Below, piece after piece: positions 54,631-64,000 of a stretch of DNA of 64,000 nucleotides. Made by a program: the position numbers and the translations under genes. Positions within the stretch are counted from its first letter, which is position 1, and each line of letters starts with the position of its first letter. A model generated the notes under the pieces. It did not search any database. It saw only the letters and a list, made by a program, of their open reading frames with translations, and was not told the DNA's origin. The stretch is from Myxococcota bacterium. Its GTDB lineage: Bacteria > Myxococcota_A > UBA796 > SXON01. The stretch covers positions 64,001-128,000 of the forward strand of contig JAZKFH010000047.1 of assembly GCA_040386535.1 (NCBI GenBank). The letters run 5' to 3'.

Positions 54631-55593
54631 ATGCGGATCGCGGCCGTGATCGTCACCCACGCGGGCGGGCGGCTGCTCGCGGAGTGCCTCGCGTCGTTGG
54701 CGGCCCAGACGCGCCCTCCCGACGAGGTCCTCGTCGTCGTGAGCCGCGACGACGTGTTGCCCGTGACCGGCGCGCCCGTCCTGCAGCTCCGCGCCAACGT
54801 CGGCTACGCGCGGGCCGCCAACGCGGGGATCGCCGCCACCTCCGGCGAGCCGCTCCTGCTCAACGACGACACGCGCCTCGATCCCGGCTGCCTCGCCGCG
54901 CTGGAGCGCGCGTTCGGAGTCGCGGGGCGCACGGGCGGCGTGTTCCAGCCGCGCATCGTGCTCGCCGACGGGAGCGGGCGCCTCGACAACCTCGGCCACG
55001 GCTTGTTCCCCGACGGCGCCGTGTGGGCGCGCGGTCGCAACGGTCCCGACCGCGCCCCCGCGGGCGCGCCGGGCGGCTTCTCGGGCGCCGCGGTGTTGTT
55101 CGCGCGCGCGACGTGGGACGCCCTCGGCGGCTTCGACCCCCGCTTCGGCAGCTTCGGCGAGGACGTCGACCTCTCCCTGCGCCTCCTCCGCCGCGGCATC
55201 CCCATCACCGCCGTGCCCGACGCCGTGGTGCACCACCACCTCGGCGCCACCTGGGGCCGCGCGAGCGCCGCCAAGCTGCACGCCATCGAGCGCAACCGCG
55301 TGCGCGCGGCGGTGCGCAGCCTCCCGCTCACCGCGCTGCTGTCGATGCCGGCGTGGACAGCGGGCCGCTACGCCCTCTTCGCGGCGCTGGCCGCGCGCGG
55401 GCGTGGCCCCGGCGACGGGGTCGACTCCGAGGCACAACGCGCGGCGATCGCGGGCCTCGCGGCGGGCGTGCGCGACGCCCCGACGTGGTGGCGGGCCCGG
55501 CGCGCCGACCGCCGGACGTGGACCCGCGGCGAGCTCGCGACGTGGCGGGCGTTGTGGGCGGGGCGGGCGCGGTGGGAGGATGTGGGGCGGTGA
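54631..55593 (+). CDS. Glycosyltransferase family 2
   Basis: CLASL..QT, NVGYARAAN, LLNDD, GGFD..F...EDVDLS.R. Confidence 0.88.
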   Translation: MRIAAVIVTHAGGRLLAECLASLAAQTRPPDEVLVVVSRDDVLPVTGAPVLQLRANVGYARAANAGIAATSGEPLLLNDDTRLDPGCLAALERAFGVAGRTGGVFQPRIVLADGSGRLDNLGHGLFPDGAVWARGRNGPDRAPAGAPGGFSGAAVLFARATWDALGGFDPRFGSFGEDVDLSLRLLRRGIPITAVPDAVVHHHLGATWGRASAAKLHAIERNRVRAAVRSLPLTALLSMPAWTAGRYALFAALAARGRGPGDGVDSEAQRAAIAGLAAGVRDAPTWWRARRADRRTWTRGELATWRALWAGRARWEDVGR

Positions 55594-55721
55594 GGGGGTG
55601 TGCAGGCGTACAACGAAACTGTTGTACTACAACCTTGTAGTGAAGCGGCTGGCCCGCCGGACCGGCACCCCACCGCCCACCCCCACCCCACCCCCCCGGC
55701 CGGGCCCCACCTGCCTTCGGC

Positions 55722-57644
55722 TCAGCCCCGCCGCCGCCGCCGCCACCACCCCGCACAGGCCAACCCGATCAACGCGATCCCCGCGGCGGCGAGGTTCCGT
55801 ACACGCTCGGGATGGAACGTGGGGTCCGCGCACTCCTCCGGCGGCCACGCGCGCGTGCGGCGGAGGGCCTCGCGGACGAACGTCTGCGCGCGCTCGAAGT
55901 CGCGGTCGAGGTGCCAGCGCGTGGCCCGGCACAAGAGGATGGGCACCCGCGGGTCGTCGTCGGCGAGCTGCGCGGCGGCGCGTTGGGCGAGCGAGGACGC
56001 GGTGTAGCGGTAGTGCCAGCGCTGGTCGGGGTCGGGGGCGCTGGCGGCCACGCGCGCGGTTTCGTCGGAAGTGGGCGCCAGCGTGGGGCCCGCTTCCGCG
56101 GCGCGGGCCTCGATGCGGGGCATGTAGTCGAAGTCGCCCTCGTAGAGCGAGAAGTCGGGCTGCAGCTCGGTGCCGAGGAGCTCCAGCCCCTTCGTGCGCG
56201 CGAGCAGCGCCGCCTCCCAGAGCGCGGCCGCGCGCACCTCCGCGGTCCACGCCGCCTCGCCGCGGGCCCGTGCGTCGAGGTATCGCGCCGCCGCTTCGCG
56301 CAACTCTCCGGAGAAGTACGGGAGCGCCCGGGTTTCCTGGCCCTCGCGGAGCAGCCGCCGCGCGAGCAGGTAGCGCAGCCGCCCGGCGAGCCCCTCGGTG
56401 GACCCGCTGCCATCGGCGTCCACGACCGCGACGAGCTCCTCCACGGTCAAGACGCGCTCGGCGACGTAGGCGGCGTCCGTCCAATGCCCCGACGCCATGA
56501 ACGCGTCGAGCGCGCCCCTCCAGTCTCCCGCGGCCAGCCGCACCACCCCGGCCTCGGCCCAGGCCTCCTGGCTCGGCCGCATGCCGCCGTCCGTGAAGGC
56601 CTCCGCCGCGCGGGGCATCCCGCCCTCCGTCCACGCGAGGTCCTCCGGAAACGCCGCCGCCGCCTGTTCGAGGAGGGCCTCGGCCTCCTCGAGGCGGCCC
56701 TCGCGCAGGAGCAGCTTCGCCCGTAGCCAGTCCCGGAGCCCGGATGGGGGTGCGCGGTCGAGCCAGGCGGCGGTCGAGGTGATGTCGCCGAGCTGGTAGG
56801 CCATCCACGCGAGGTGGTCGGCCTCGGGGACCGTGACGCCGGCGGCCTCGACGGCGCGGAGCCACGCGCGGGTGCGTTCCGCCTCGCCCTCGTCGGGGGA
56901 GGGCCCGCCGTGCGCGACGATCCACGCCGTCGCGAGCGGACGGAGCACGGGGTCGGTGGCCCAGGCGCCGAGGGCGTCGGCCTCGGCGGCGTCCCGGACG
57001 ACGAGGTCGAGCGATAGGATCGCGCCCGGGTTTCCAGTGCCGTTCTGGGCCAGGTAGTCGTCCACGGCGGCGCGCCAGTCCCGCCGATCGAGGTGGCGCC
57101 GCGCTCGTTCGCCGAGGGCAGCCGACGCGAGGCCGAGGGGGTCGGGGGCGCCAGCGTCCACCAGCGCGAACACCGCGTCGAACGCCTGCGGCGCCGCCTC
57201 CGCCTCCGCGAGCATGTAGGTCGCCCACACCGCGCGGTCACGTCGCTGGGGCTCGGGCAGCGCGAGCACGTCACGCCAGGCCGCCGTCGCGCCCTCCCAA
57301 TCGTGCGCCCGCCAGCGCGCGGCCCCGTCCGCGTAGCGCACCCACGCCGGCGGCAGCTCGCCCGGAACCGCGGGTCGCGGGCCCTTCCCCCTGCGCCACA
57401 GCAGCCACGCGGCCACGTCTACGCCTCGCCCCGCGAGGTCCGCCGCTTCCACGTCGAGCGCGCCCGCGGCCTGGTACGTGTAGGCCGAGCGCGGCGTCAG
57501 GGCCGCCACCTCCACCCGAAAGTCGGCGACGGGCGCCGCCCAGATCGCCGCGTCGGGCTCGTTCACGAGCGCGTTCTGGAGGTGGGGGCCGCACGCGCGC
57601 GCGTCGCCCGGGAGCAGGAGCATCACGACGCTACTCCACCCCAT
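55722..57644 (-). CDS. Exported TPR-like protein with C-terminal TM anchor (partner of DUF3142)
   Basis: Signal ending in ARA-CGP, helical repeats, W.DAAYVAERVLT, RWHYRY, TM + RRRR tail; start uncertain. Confidence 0.7.
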   Translation of the reverse strand: MGWSSVVMLLLPGDARACGPHLQNALVNEPDAAIWAAPVADFRVEVAALTPRSAYTYQAAGALDVEAADLAGRGVDVAAWLLWRRGKGPRPAVPGELPPAWVRYADGAARWRAHDWEGATAAWRDVLALPEPQRRDRAVWATYMLAEAEAAPQAFDAVFALVDAGAPDPLGLASAALGERARRHLDRRDWRAAVDDYLAQNGTGNPGAILSLDLVVRDAAEADALGAWATDPVLRPLATAWIVAHGGPSPDEGEAERTRAWLRAVEAAGVTVPEADHLAWMAYQLGDITSTAAWLDRAPPSGLRDWLRAKLLLREGRLEEAEALLEQAAAAFPEDLAWTEGGMPRAAEAFTDGGMRPSQEAWAEAGVVRLAAGDWRGALDAFMASGHWTDAAYVAERVLTVEELVAVVDADGSGSTEGLAGRLRYLLARRLLREGQETRALPYFSGELREAAARYLDARARGEAAWTAEVRAAALWEAALLARTKGLELLGTELQPDFSLYEGDFDYMPRIEARAAEAGPTLAPTSDETARVAASAPDPDQRWHYRYTASSLAQRAAAQLADDDPRVPILLCRATRWHLDRDFERAQTFVREALRRTRAWPPEECADPTFHPERVRNLAAAGIALIGLACAGWWRRRRRG

Positions 57645-58845
57645 CGACGGTGACCTCCGTGCCGCTCGGGTACCGCGCCCATCCTACGGTGCGCGTGGCG
57701 CCGGGCGCGAGCGGCCGGGGCGTCTTCGACCGGAAGTGAACCTCCGCCCCCACGGTCTGCGCCACGAAGCCGCCCTGGCCGTCGGCCACGACCGCGGCGT
57801 CGCCACCATGGATACGCACGGTCGTGACGAGGGCGTCGTCCTCTCCGCGGTTGTGCACCCGCACGTCGAACAAGCCCGGCGCGCCGGCCTCAGCGGGCTC
57901 TACGAGCGCGCGCACGTCGGCGGTCGGCGCTCGCCCGTTCATCACCGCGTCGAGCGTCGCCCAGCGCCACGCCTGCACGTCCTGCTCCGTCGGGAGGCGG
58001 AACCACGCGAGCCCCAGGACCTCGGGCGGCCGATCCTGGGTGAGCCGCGCCACGACCGTCGCGACCCGCACGGGTTCGGCGCGCACGCTCCGCAGCGTCA
58101 CGTCTGTCTTCCAGGCCACCTCCCGCTCCGCGGTCGCGCCGATGTAGGCGCCGTCGGGCGCGAACGCCAGCGTGTACCCGTACGTCGGCAGGGCGACCCG
58201 GAACGGGAGGTTCAGCGTGGCGGCCCGCTCGATCGCGGCGAGCGCCTCCGCCTCGTCGAGGATGGGCGCCAGAGGATCCGCCACCGTCGCGGGCGCCGAG
58301 AAGTCGTGCACTTGCAACGTCCACCCGTCTGTCGCCGCGAGCAGCGCCGGCAGCTCGGGGCGTGCGAGCCAGTCGGGGAGGGCCGTGATCGTGACGGGAA
58401 CCGCGCTGGCCGCGCGGATCGCCCCCATCCACGACGTGTAGCCGCCGAGCTGGGACGACGCGGCGTCGAAGTCCACCTGCAGCTCCACGACCGCGTGGCC
58501 GTCGTCACGAAATCTGCGCACGGTGTCTGCCGCGACCTCGGCGAGCCCGAGCTCCGCGTCGAACGGGCCCGCCCACGACGCCACGCGGAGCACCGCCACG
58601 ACGTCGTGCCCGGCGAGCGCGCCGGCGTCGGGCACCACCTCGGTCACGACGGGCGCGCCTTCGGCCCACGTCACCTCCGCGGCAAGCACCCCGAGCCGCT
58701 CGAAGCGGCCACCGTGCGCGACCACGGCGGCGGAGACCGGCGGCGTCCACGCGCGTTGCCAGACATAGGCGTCCGATCCCATCGGCCCGGCGGCGCGGGG
58801 CGGGGTGCACGCGACGAGGAGGAGCGCGAGGAACAGGCGGGCCAT
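57631..58845 (-). CDS. DUF3142 domain lipoprotein
   Basis: Lipobox LVAC; AYVWQR.W, LQVDFD, ITALP.W, LQVH, VALPTY, WFRLP. Confidence 0.78.
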   Translation of the reverse strand: MARLFLALLLVACTPPRAAGPMGSDAYVWQRAWTPPVSAAVVAHGGRFERLGVLAAEVTWAEGAPVVTEVVPDAGALAGHDVVAVLRVASWAGPFDAELGLAEVAADTVRRFRDDGHAVVELQVDFDAASSQLGGYTSWMGAIRAASAVPVTITALPDWLARPELPALLAATDGWTLQVHDFSAPATVADPLAPILDEAEALAAIERAATLNLPFRVALPTYGYTLAFAPDGAYIGATAEREVAWKTDVTLRSVRAEPVRVATVVARLTQDRPPEVLGLAWFRLPTEQDVQAWRWATLDAVMNGRAPTADVRALVEPAEAGAPGLFDVRVHNRGEDDALVTTVRIHGGDAAVVADGQGGFVAQTVGAEVHFRSKTPRPLAPGATRTVGWARYPSGTEVTVDGVE

Positions 58846-58851
58846 GCCTCG

Positions 58852-59562
58852 TTACGCCCGGCCGAGGAAGGTCACGTCGCGAAAGCGGTCCTTGACCTCC
58901 GTGACCGACGCGAACCCCGCTTCGGTGAAGGCGGCGCGCCACTCCGCGATGGAGAAGAGGCCCTCGACATGCCGGTCGTGCACCACGTCGACGCTCTCCC
59001 CGCGGGTGCAGACCAGGACGAAGTCGACCACGTAGGTGCTCTCCCCCGGCGCGGGCGCGTGGGTCCACATCAGGTAGCGGAGCGCGCGGCCGTCGTCCCC
59101 GTCGTGGCCGTCCGCCTCGGTCGCGGCCTCGTGTGTCTCCCGCACCGAGTCCGGCAGCACGTAGCAGATCCCGCCGGGCTCGAGGTGGGCGCGGGCCGTG
59201 CGCAGCGCGGCCACGAGGTCCGCGTGGGTGGTCATGTAGTTGACCGCGTCGTGAATCAGGACCGCCGGGAAGGTGCGGCCCAGGCGCACGGTGCGCATGT
59301 CGCCGACGTGGTGGGCCATCGTGGGGTTCAGCGGCGCCGACAGGGCGAGCATCTCGGGGGCGAGGTCCACCAGCGTGCACGGGATGCCGAGCTGGGAGGC
59401 GAAGTGGCCCGCGCCGGACCCGAGCTCCAGCACATGTGTCGGCAGGTGCCCGAGCGCGGCGTGGAACGTGGCGCGAGCGTCCTCGGCCTCCTCCACGTAC
59501 TCGGCCGGCTGGGTGAGCAGCGGGTACCAGGGAGCCAGGTCCGTGTAGAGGCGGGGGTGCAT
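58852..59562 (-). CDS. Class I SAM-dependent methyltransferase
   Basis: VLELGSGAG, VDLAPEML, GDMR, HLEPGG. Confidence 0.9.
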   Translation of the reverse strand: MHPRLYTDLAPWYPLLTQPAEYVEEAEDARATFHAALGHLPTHVLELGSGAGHFASQLGIPCTLVDLAPEMLALSAPLNPTMAHHVGDMRTVRLGRTFPAVLIHDAVNYMTTHADLVAALRTARAHLEPGGICYVLPDSVRETHEAATEADGHDGDDGRALRYLMWTHAPAPGESTYVVDFVLVCTRGESVDVVHDRHVEGLFSIAEWRAAFTEAGFASVTEVKDRFRDVTFLGRA

Positions 59563-59576
59563 CGTTGCCTCCTATT

Positions 59577-61298
59577 CTACGAGGCGAACAACGCCTGGCG
59601 CTGCTCCCGCTCGATGGCCGAAGAGAGCGTGACGGGCGTGGTGACCGTGAGCCCCGCGTTGACGTTGGCCTCCTCCACCACGCCGCCCTTCAGGCTGCCG
59701 CCGACGCCCATGCGCAGCTGGCGCTTCACCACGGCGTCGACCTTGGGGAGATCGACCAGCTCGGCGCCCGCGGCCAGATCGACCGTGGGCACCCCAGCCG
59801 GGAACATGCACGAGCCGCCGAGAACCTCGGCCGCGATCATCCGCTCGACATCGAGCACGCGCGCCTCGATGCCTTCGGGCCCCGCGGGGAGCGGCTGGTA
59901 GTCGAGCGCCGCGCGCACGGCCTCGACGGGCACGTAGAGCTGCGCCGCGAGCTCGGCCGTCGCGCCGAGGGTGACGAAGCCGCGCTTGTCCGGCGTCGCG
60001 AGGTCGAGCAGCTCGGCGACCACGTTGGGGTCGGTGATCTCCGCGACGTCGGAGACCGATCGGGTGGCCGAGCGGCGCAGCGCCACGTCGGGCAGGTCGC
60101 ACGCGGCGACGGTCGGCCCCTCTCCGCCGAAACACGTGTCCGCGGGGTTCAGCAACGCCGCCATCCACGCGATCGCGGCCGTGACGCTGGGCGTCTCGAA
60201 CGCGTCCTCGACGGTGGTGTCCCCCGTCGTCCGTGTCGTCGCGATGGTGAAGCACAGGTTCTCCACGGCCAGCGCGGCGAGATCGACGCCGGAGCCGGAC
60301 ACGCGCACGCGGAAACGGCAGCCGGCCGCGGCGGTGAACTCAGGCAGGCCGAGCTTGCGCAGCACCTCGAACAGGCGGTTGTCGTACTCGGCGCCGCCGC
60401 TGCCGCCCGTGGACACCTCGAGGAACGACTGGCCGCCCTCGTGCCCCATCTTCACGCCGGCGTCGGCCTTCAGGCCGACTTCGCCGTGCGCAAATCCTCC
60501 GGTGCCCAAGGCGCCAGAGGCGTCGCCCACATCCCGCACGTCCGACGACCACGACGAGGGCGAGTGGATGAAGGCGAGATCGACCATCAGTCCCACCAGC
60601 CTGGCCGCGAGGTCGATGGGTCGCTCCAGCAGGAGGTCCGTGAGTGCGTGGGGATCGGCGGTGGCGAGGTCGCGCAGCACGCGGAGCAGGTTGAAGTCCC
60701 ACGTCGCTTCGAACGCCGCGGCTTGGACGACGCTGGCTCCGACGCCCCCACCGAGCGCGCTGTCGCCCGCGGAGCCGCTGAATCCGAGGCCGAGGCCGAA
60801 CGCGAGGCCCGCCTGTACTCCCCCCTTGATCGTCAGCGCCAGCCCGTCGGGCGTGCGCATGAACCCGAGCGCGCCGCTCTCCGCACCGGTCACCGAGAGG
60901 TGGCTGGCTGAGGCCGCCTCGTCGAGCTCCATGCCGAAGCCGACCGGGATCACCGCGTCCACGCCGCGCTGCACCATGTCGACCGCGTGGAGGAGGATGT
61001 CACCGGGCGACTGCGCGGAGACCCATGCTTCCGCCCACGGGGTGCCCTTCTGGCTCAACGCGAGGCGCATCGCCGCTCCCAACGGAAGCGCGTCGAGCAC
61101 GACCGCGCCCATCTCGCCCATCGCGGCGAGCGCGCCTTCTGTCGTCCCGGCGCCGGCCGGCACCGCGCCCGTCAGACCCAGGCGATCCTGCGCCGCGGCG
61201 TTGCCGGTGCACTGCGGCGCCGCGGGTGCTTGCGCGGGGGCGGTGACGGCGGTGGTCGTGGAGGTGGTGGACGACTTCTGGCGACTGGACTCGGCCAT
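59577..61298 (-). CDS. Hypothetical protein with low-complexity N-terminus and GNAA motif
   Basis: 573-aa ORF with GGAG SD; QCTGNAAAQDRL near the N-terminus; Gly-rich beta-like segments. Confidence 0.65.
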   Translation of the reverse strand: MAESSRQKSSTTSTTTAVTAPAQAPAAPQCTGNAAAQDRLGLTGAVPAGAGTTEGALAAMGEMGAVVLDALPLGAAMRLALSQKGTPWAEAWVSAQSPGDILLHAVDMVQRGVDAVIPVGFGMELDEAASASHLSVTGAESGALGFMRTPDGLALTIKGGVQAGLAFGLGLGFSGSAGDSALGGGVGASVVQAAAFEATWDFNLLRVLRDLATADPHALTDLLLERPIDLAARLVGLMVDLAFIHSPSSWSSDVRDVGDASGALGTGGFAHGEVGLKADAGVKMGHEGGQSFLEVSTGGSGGAEYDNRLFEVLRKLGLPEFTAAAGCRFRVRVSGSGVDLAALAVENLCFTIATTRTTGDTTVEDAFETPSVTAAIAWMAALLNPADTCFGGEGPTVAACDLPDVALRRSATRSVSDVAEITDPNVVAELLDLATPDKRGFVTLGATAELAAQLYVPVEAVRAALDYQPLPAGPEGIEARVLDVERMIAAEVLGGSCMFPAGVPTVDLAAGAELVDLPKVDAVVKRQLRMGVGGSLKGGVVEEANVNAGLTVTTPVTLSSAIEREQRQALFAS

Positions 61299-61325
61299 GG
61301 CGGCTCCGGGGGCCCCCCGTCGCGT

Positions 61326-61341
61326 TGCATGGGGCGTGCCG
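61326..61341 (-). promoter_or_regulatory. Sigma54 (-24/-12) promoter
   Basis: CGGCACG-CCCC-ATGCA, GG-N10-GC spacing, about 27 nt before the ATG at 61298. Confidence 0.6.
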
Positions 61342-61401
61342 GGCGTAAGTGGTTGATCTTTGGTGATGGGGGTGGGGGGTGACGGAAGTCGACAACTGTC
61401 A

Positions 61402-61421
61402 GGTGACGGACGTCCGTCACC
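61402..61421. promoter_or_regulatory. Perfect 20-bp palindrome (candidate enhancer/UAS)
   Basis: GGTGACGGAC-GTCCGTCACC, with an extra GGTGACGGA half-site at 61378. Confidence 0.5.
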
Positions 61422-61459
61422 CCTGTCACCCTCGCATCCGTGTTTTCAGGCACTTGGGT

Positions 61460-61476
61460 CTGGACTCCATCTTGCA
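61460..61476 (+). promoter_or_regulatory. Candidate sigma54 promoter
   Basis: CTGG-ACTCCATC-TTGCA with GG-N10-GC spacing. Confidence 0.45.
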
Positions 61477-61580
61477 TGGCGGCGGACGACACCAGCCGAA
61501 CCGGATCTTCTCGCCTCGCGATCCTTGCGTCGCGAGGCGCGGCTGTGTAACAATCCGAACCCAGCCGTTGGAGGCTCCTG

Positions 61581-63722
61581 ATGCCGTTCCCTGCTCCTCT
61601 CTCCCGTTCCCTCCTTCTCTTCCTGTTCGCGCCGTTGTGGCTGCCGGCCTGCGTGGAGACCAACCCGCCGAAGGGGTCGGACACGGGCGCGGTCGGCGTG
61701 GACACGGACGTCGAGGACACGGACACCGACACCGATATCGGGGAGACCGACACCGATATCGAGGAGACCGACACCGACACCGGTGACACCACCGACGCCT
61801 GCCCGGGCGACCGTGACTGTGACGGGCTCACCGACATCCTCGAGGAGGATTTCGGAACGGATCCGGACGACGCGGACAGTGACGCGGACGGGCTGGGCGA
61901 CTGGGAGGAGGTGCTCATCGGTACCGACCCGAACAACCCGGACACGGATGGCGACGGGATCGAGGACGCCGAAGACGAGGATCCGGGGGTTTCGGGGTTG
62001 GACAGTGATGGGGATGGCCTGCTCGATTCGATCGAGGACACGATCGGCACCAACCCGTACGACGCGGATTCGGATGGCGACGAGCGGACCGACGCGGACG
62101 AGTGGTCGGCCGGCACCGATCCCTTGGATGCCGACACCGACGATGACGGCTTGGCGGACGGGGAGGAGGTGGTCAGTGGCACCGATCCGCTCAAGGAAGA
62201 CACGGATGGGGACGGGCTCTCGGATTGGGCGGAGGTCCGTGACCACGGCACGGATCCGCTGCTCGCCGACTCGGACGGCGATGGGTACGATGATGCCACG
62301 GAGCTGGTGTCGGGGTCGGATCCGGTGGATGAGAGCAGTGTGCCGGGGGTTGGGGCGGGGGATGTGGTGAGGTGTGAGGAGGCGGATCAGACGGAGGGAG
62401 ATGTAATTTACGAGGGGGCGGTGGCTTCAGGACTTAGCGCTGCCGCCGCCGTCGCGCTCTATACGGATTGGGATGGTGGCCCAGATGAAGGAACGGAATG
62501 CTCCTGCACCGTCACGCTGTTCGACACCAATCCGACAGAAGTGAGGGGCGTCTCCGTCTGGATTCCCACGCGCGTTCACAGTGGGTCGCTGTGGAGTTCC
62601 CTGCCGATTCCCGCCGCGGTCATGCTCGACGTGCCGGACGGATGGACCGAAGACACTACCCTTCATGTCGCGGCGGTCAACGAACTGAACGACATCGACG
62701 ATGACTCGGGGACCGAAGCAGAACATTGGTTCGCGTTTGACGACATCGCCTCGAATGCCGACAACGAGTACTTGCTTGAGGAAACGGCGCCCGTCGACGT
62801 GTCGGGTACCTACACGATCTGGGTGAGTTTTGCGAATACGAGCCACATGGGCATGGGCATGTGCAGCCGACTCGCAGACTCCAGTTCACCCGAAAATAGT
62901 CTGCACTTTCGCGTCGACACCCCCTCCTCGACCTCGTCCTCCTTCACCCGCCCCCCCAGCGCGCCGCGGCCCGATCCCCATGCCTGCATCCCCGGCCTCG
63001 AGCGCGCCACGACCTTCGCGCTCGCCAATCTGGGTGAAGGCACGCGGCCGCTCATCAAGGGGGGAGCGCCCGGCTTCGTGGGCTCTCGACTGCGGGAGGT
63101 CACCGTCACCTCCTGGAACGGCGCCGACCGCCTGGAGCTACGCCGTCCGACGGGGGTGGTGGCGGTGTTGACGCCCGAGCACCCCACTGCGCTCGTGGGC
63201 CAGCACGACATCCCCTTGGCGCAGGCGAAGTGGAAGAGCGGACGGGCAACCGCGGGCTCGTGGACCGATCCGACGATCCAGGTGCGCCACATGTGCCCCG
63301 CGGGCCCCGGCGCTCTCCTGGCCGGCGACACGACTGCAGTGTCCTGGTCCGCGCTCGACCAGGCGCTCCGGTCCGCGACCGGGGGCTTTGGATTGGATCT
63401 GTGGCGGTCGGGGCTCGCGCAGTCCACCCTGCCCGCATTCCGAGCGTTCGTCGAACACGGGGACGCCACGCTCGGGCGTCCGGATCACCTCGTGTTCGAA
63501 GCTCCGGGGGGCGGTCGGCTCAATGCGATGCTCCTGTTGGAGGCGTCCCCGGGGCACTGGACGTTCAACTACCGCCGCGCCGGCACGACGCTCCGTGGCA
63601 CCCTGGTCCAGTCGGGGAACAACCAGATCCTCAGCTTGAGCCAGGGCGCCATCGTGGTCGGCGGCGTTACGATGAACCTCGCCGGTACCCAGCTCGTGCT
63701 CGTCGGAGGATCCACGCCGTGA
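61581..63722 (+). CDS. Lipoprotein with bacterial TSP3-like Ca-binding repeats and unknown C-terminal domains
   Basis: Lipobox LPAC; DT-rich stalk; repeated DxDGDGL.D..E...GTDP. Confidence 0.8.
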   Translation: MPFPAPLSRSLLLFLFAPLWLPACVETNPPKGSDTGAVGVDTDVEDTDTDTDIGETDTDIEETDTDTGDTTDACPGDRDCDGLTDILEEDFGTDPDDADSDADGLGDWEEVLIGTDPNNPDTDGDGIEDAEDEDPGVSGLDSDGDGLLDSIEDTIGTNPYDADSDGDERTDADEWSAGTDPLDADTDDDGLADGEEVVSGTDPLKEDTDGDGLSDWAEVRDHGTDPLLADSDGDGYDDATELVSGSDPVDESSVPGVGAGDVVRCEEADQTEGDVIYEGAVASGLSAAAAVALYTDWDGGPDEGTECSCTVTLFDTNPTEVRGVSVWIPTRVHSGSLWSSLPIPAAVMLDVPDGWTEDTTLHVAAVNELNDIDDDSGTEAEHWFAFDDIASNADNEYLLEETAPVDVSGTYTIWVSFANTSHMGMGMCSRLADSSSPENSLHFRVDTPSSTSSSFTRPPSAPRPDPHACIPGLERATTFALANLGEGTRPLIKGGAPGFVGSRLREVTVTSWNGADRLELRRPTGVVAVLTPEHPTALVGQHDIPLAQAKWKSGRATAGSWTDPTIQVRHMCPAGPGALLAGDTTAVSWSALDQALRSATGGFGLDLWRSGLAQSTLPAFRAFVEHGDATLGRPDHLVFEAPGGGRLNAMLLLEASPGHWTFNYRRAGTTLRGTLVQSGNNQILSLSQGAIVVGGVTMNLAGTQLVLVGGSTP

Positions 63723-64000
63723 CCCTACTCGCGTCCCCCTCCACCCTCCGCCGCTACTCGATTGGCGGCGGCCTGGCCGTTCTGCTCCTCGCGCTCCCGG
63801 CCTGCCTCATCGACCGCGACCGATACGAGCAGCGCCGCGCCCAGCTGACGGACGGCGATGGCGATGGCGTCACGGAGGTCGAGGGAGACTGCGACGACGA
63901 GAACCCGCAGGTGTGGACGGGGGCACCGGAGCTGTGCAACGGCTTCGACGACAACTGCGTGGGCGGCATCGACGAGGTGGCGCTGGGCAACGACGTGTTC
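63719..64000 (+). CDS. MopE-like repeat lipoprotein (N-terminal part only; runs off the window edge)
   Basis: Manual translation from GTG overlapping the previous stop: ...LLLALPAC...DGDGDG..E.EGDCDD...[13 protein letters not shown]. Confidence 0.8.
   Translation, partial: MTLLASPSTLRRYSIGGGLAVLLLALPACLIDRDRYEQRRAQLTDGDGDGVTEVEGDCDDENPQVWTGAPELCNGFDDNCVGGIDEVALGNDVF

Noticed and set aside
55608..55627. Integron attC or canonical dif site
   Set aside because: Does not fit RYYYAAC/GTTRRRY and is too short; the XerD arm TTATGTTAAA is absent

Overview
A very GC-rich bacterial chromosomal segment. Gene content suggests an uncultured Myxococcota/deltaproteobacterial lineage (inference from MopE-like repeats, a MYXO-CTERM-like tail, a stand-alone F0 atp operon, DUF4388-J-domain proteins and a eukaryotic-type Ser/Thr kinase). 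About 55 CDSs are supported. Housekeeping genes: ssb, htpG, gyrA, atpZ/I/B/E, xseB, XPB-like helicase, pruA, adenosine deaminase, an aminotransferase. Envelope functions: GT-C glycosyltransferases, a sulfatase, a colitose-type nucleotide-sugar cluster, a UbiA phosphoribosyltransferase, TonB-ExbB-ExbD-ExbD and many lipoproteins. The right end looks accessory. No rRNA, tRNA, CRISPR array, transposase or integrase was recognised. The most notable items are: (1) a TraA/TraB-like adhesin plus OmpA/TSP3 pair with a non-canonical receptor; (2) a ~187-nt rod-like RNA behind a sigma70-type promoter, leading an XPB / Helicase_C_3-WYL / xseB operon; (3) a divergent sigma54/IHF/palindrome control region between a 'GNAA'-leader orphan and a mosaic Ca-binding lipoprotein; (4) a MITE-like palindromic element; (5) an exported TldD/TldE pair. 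All calls come from reading motifs by eye; no database search was run.
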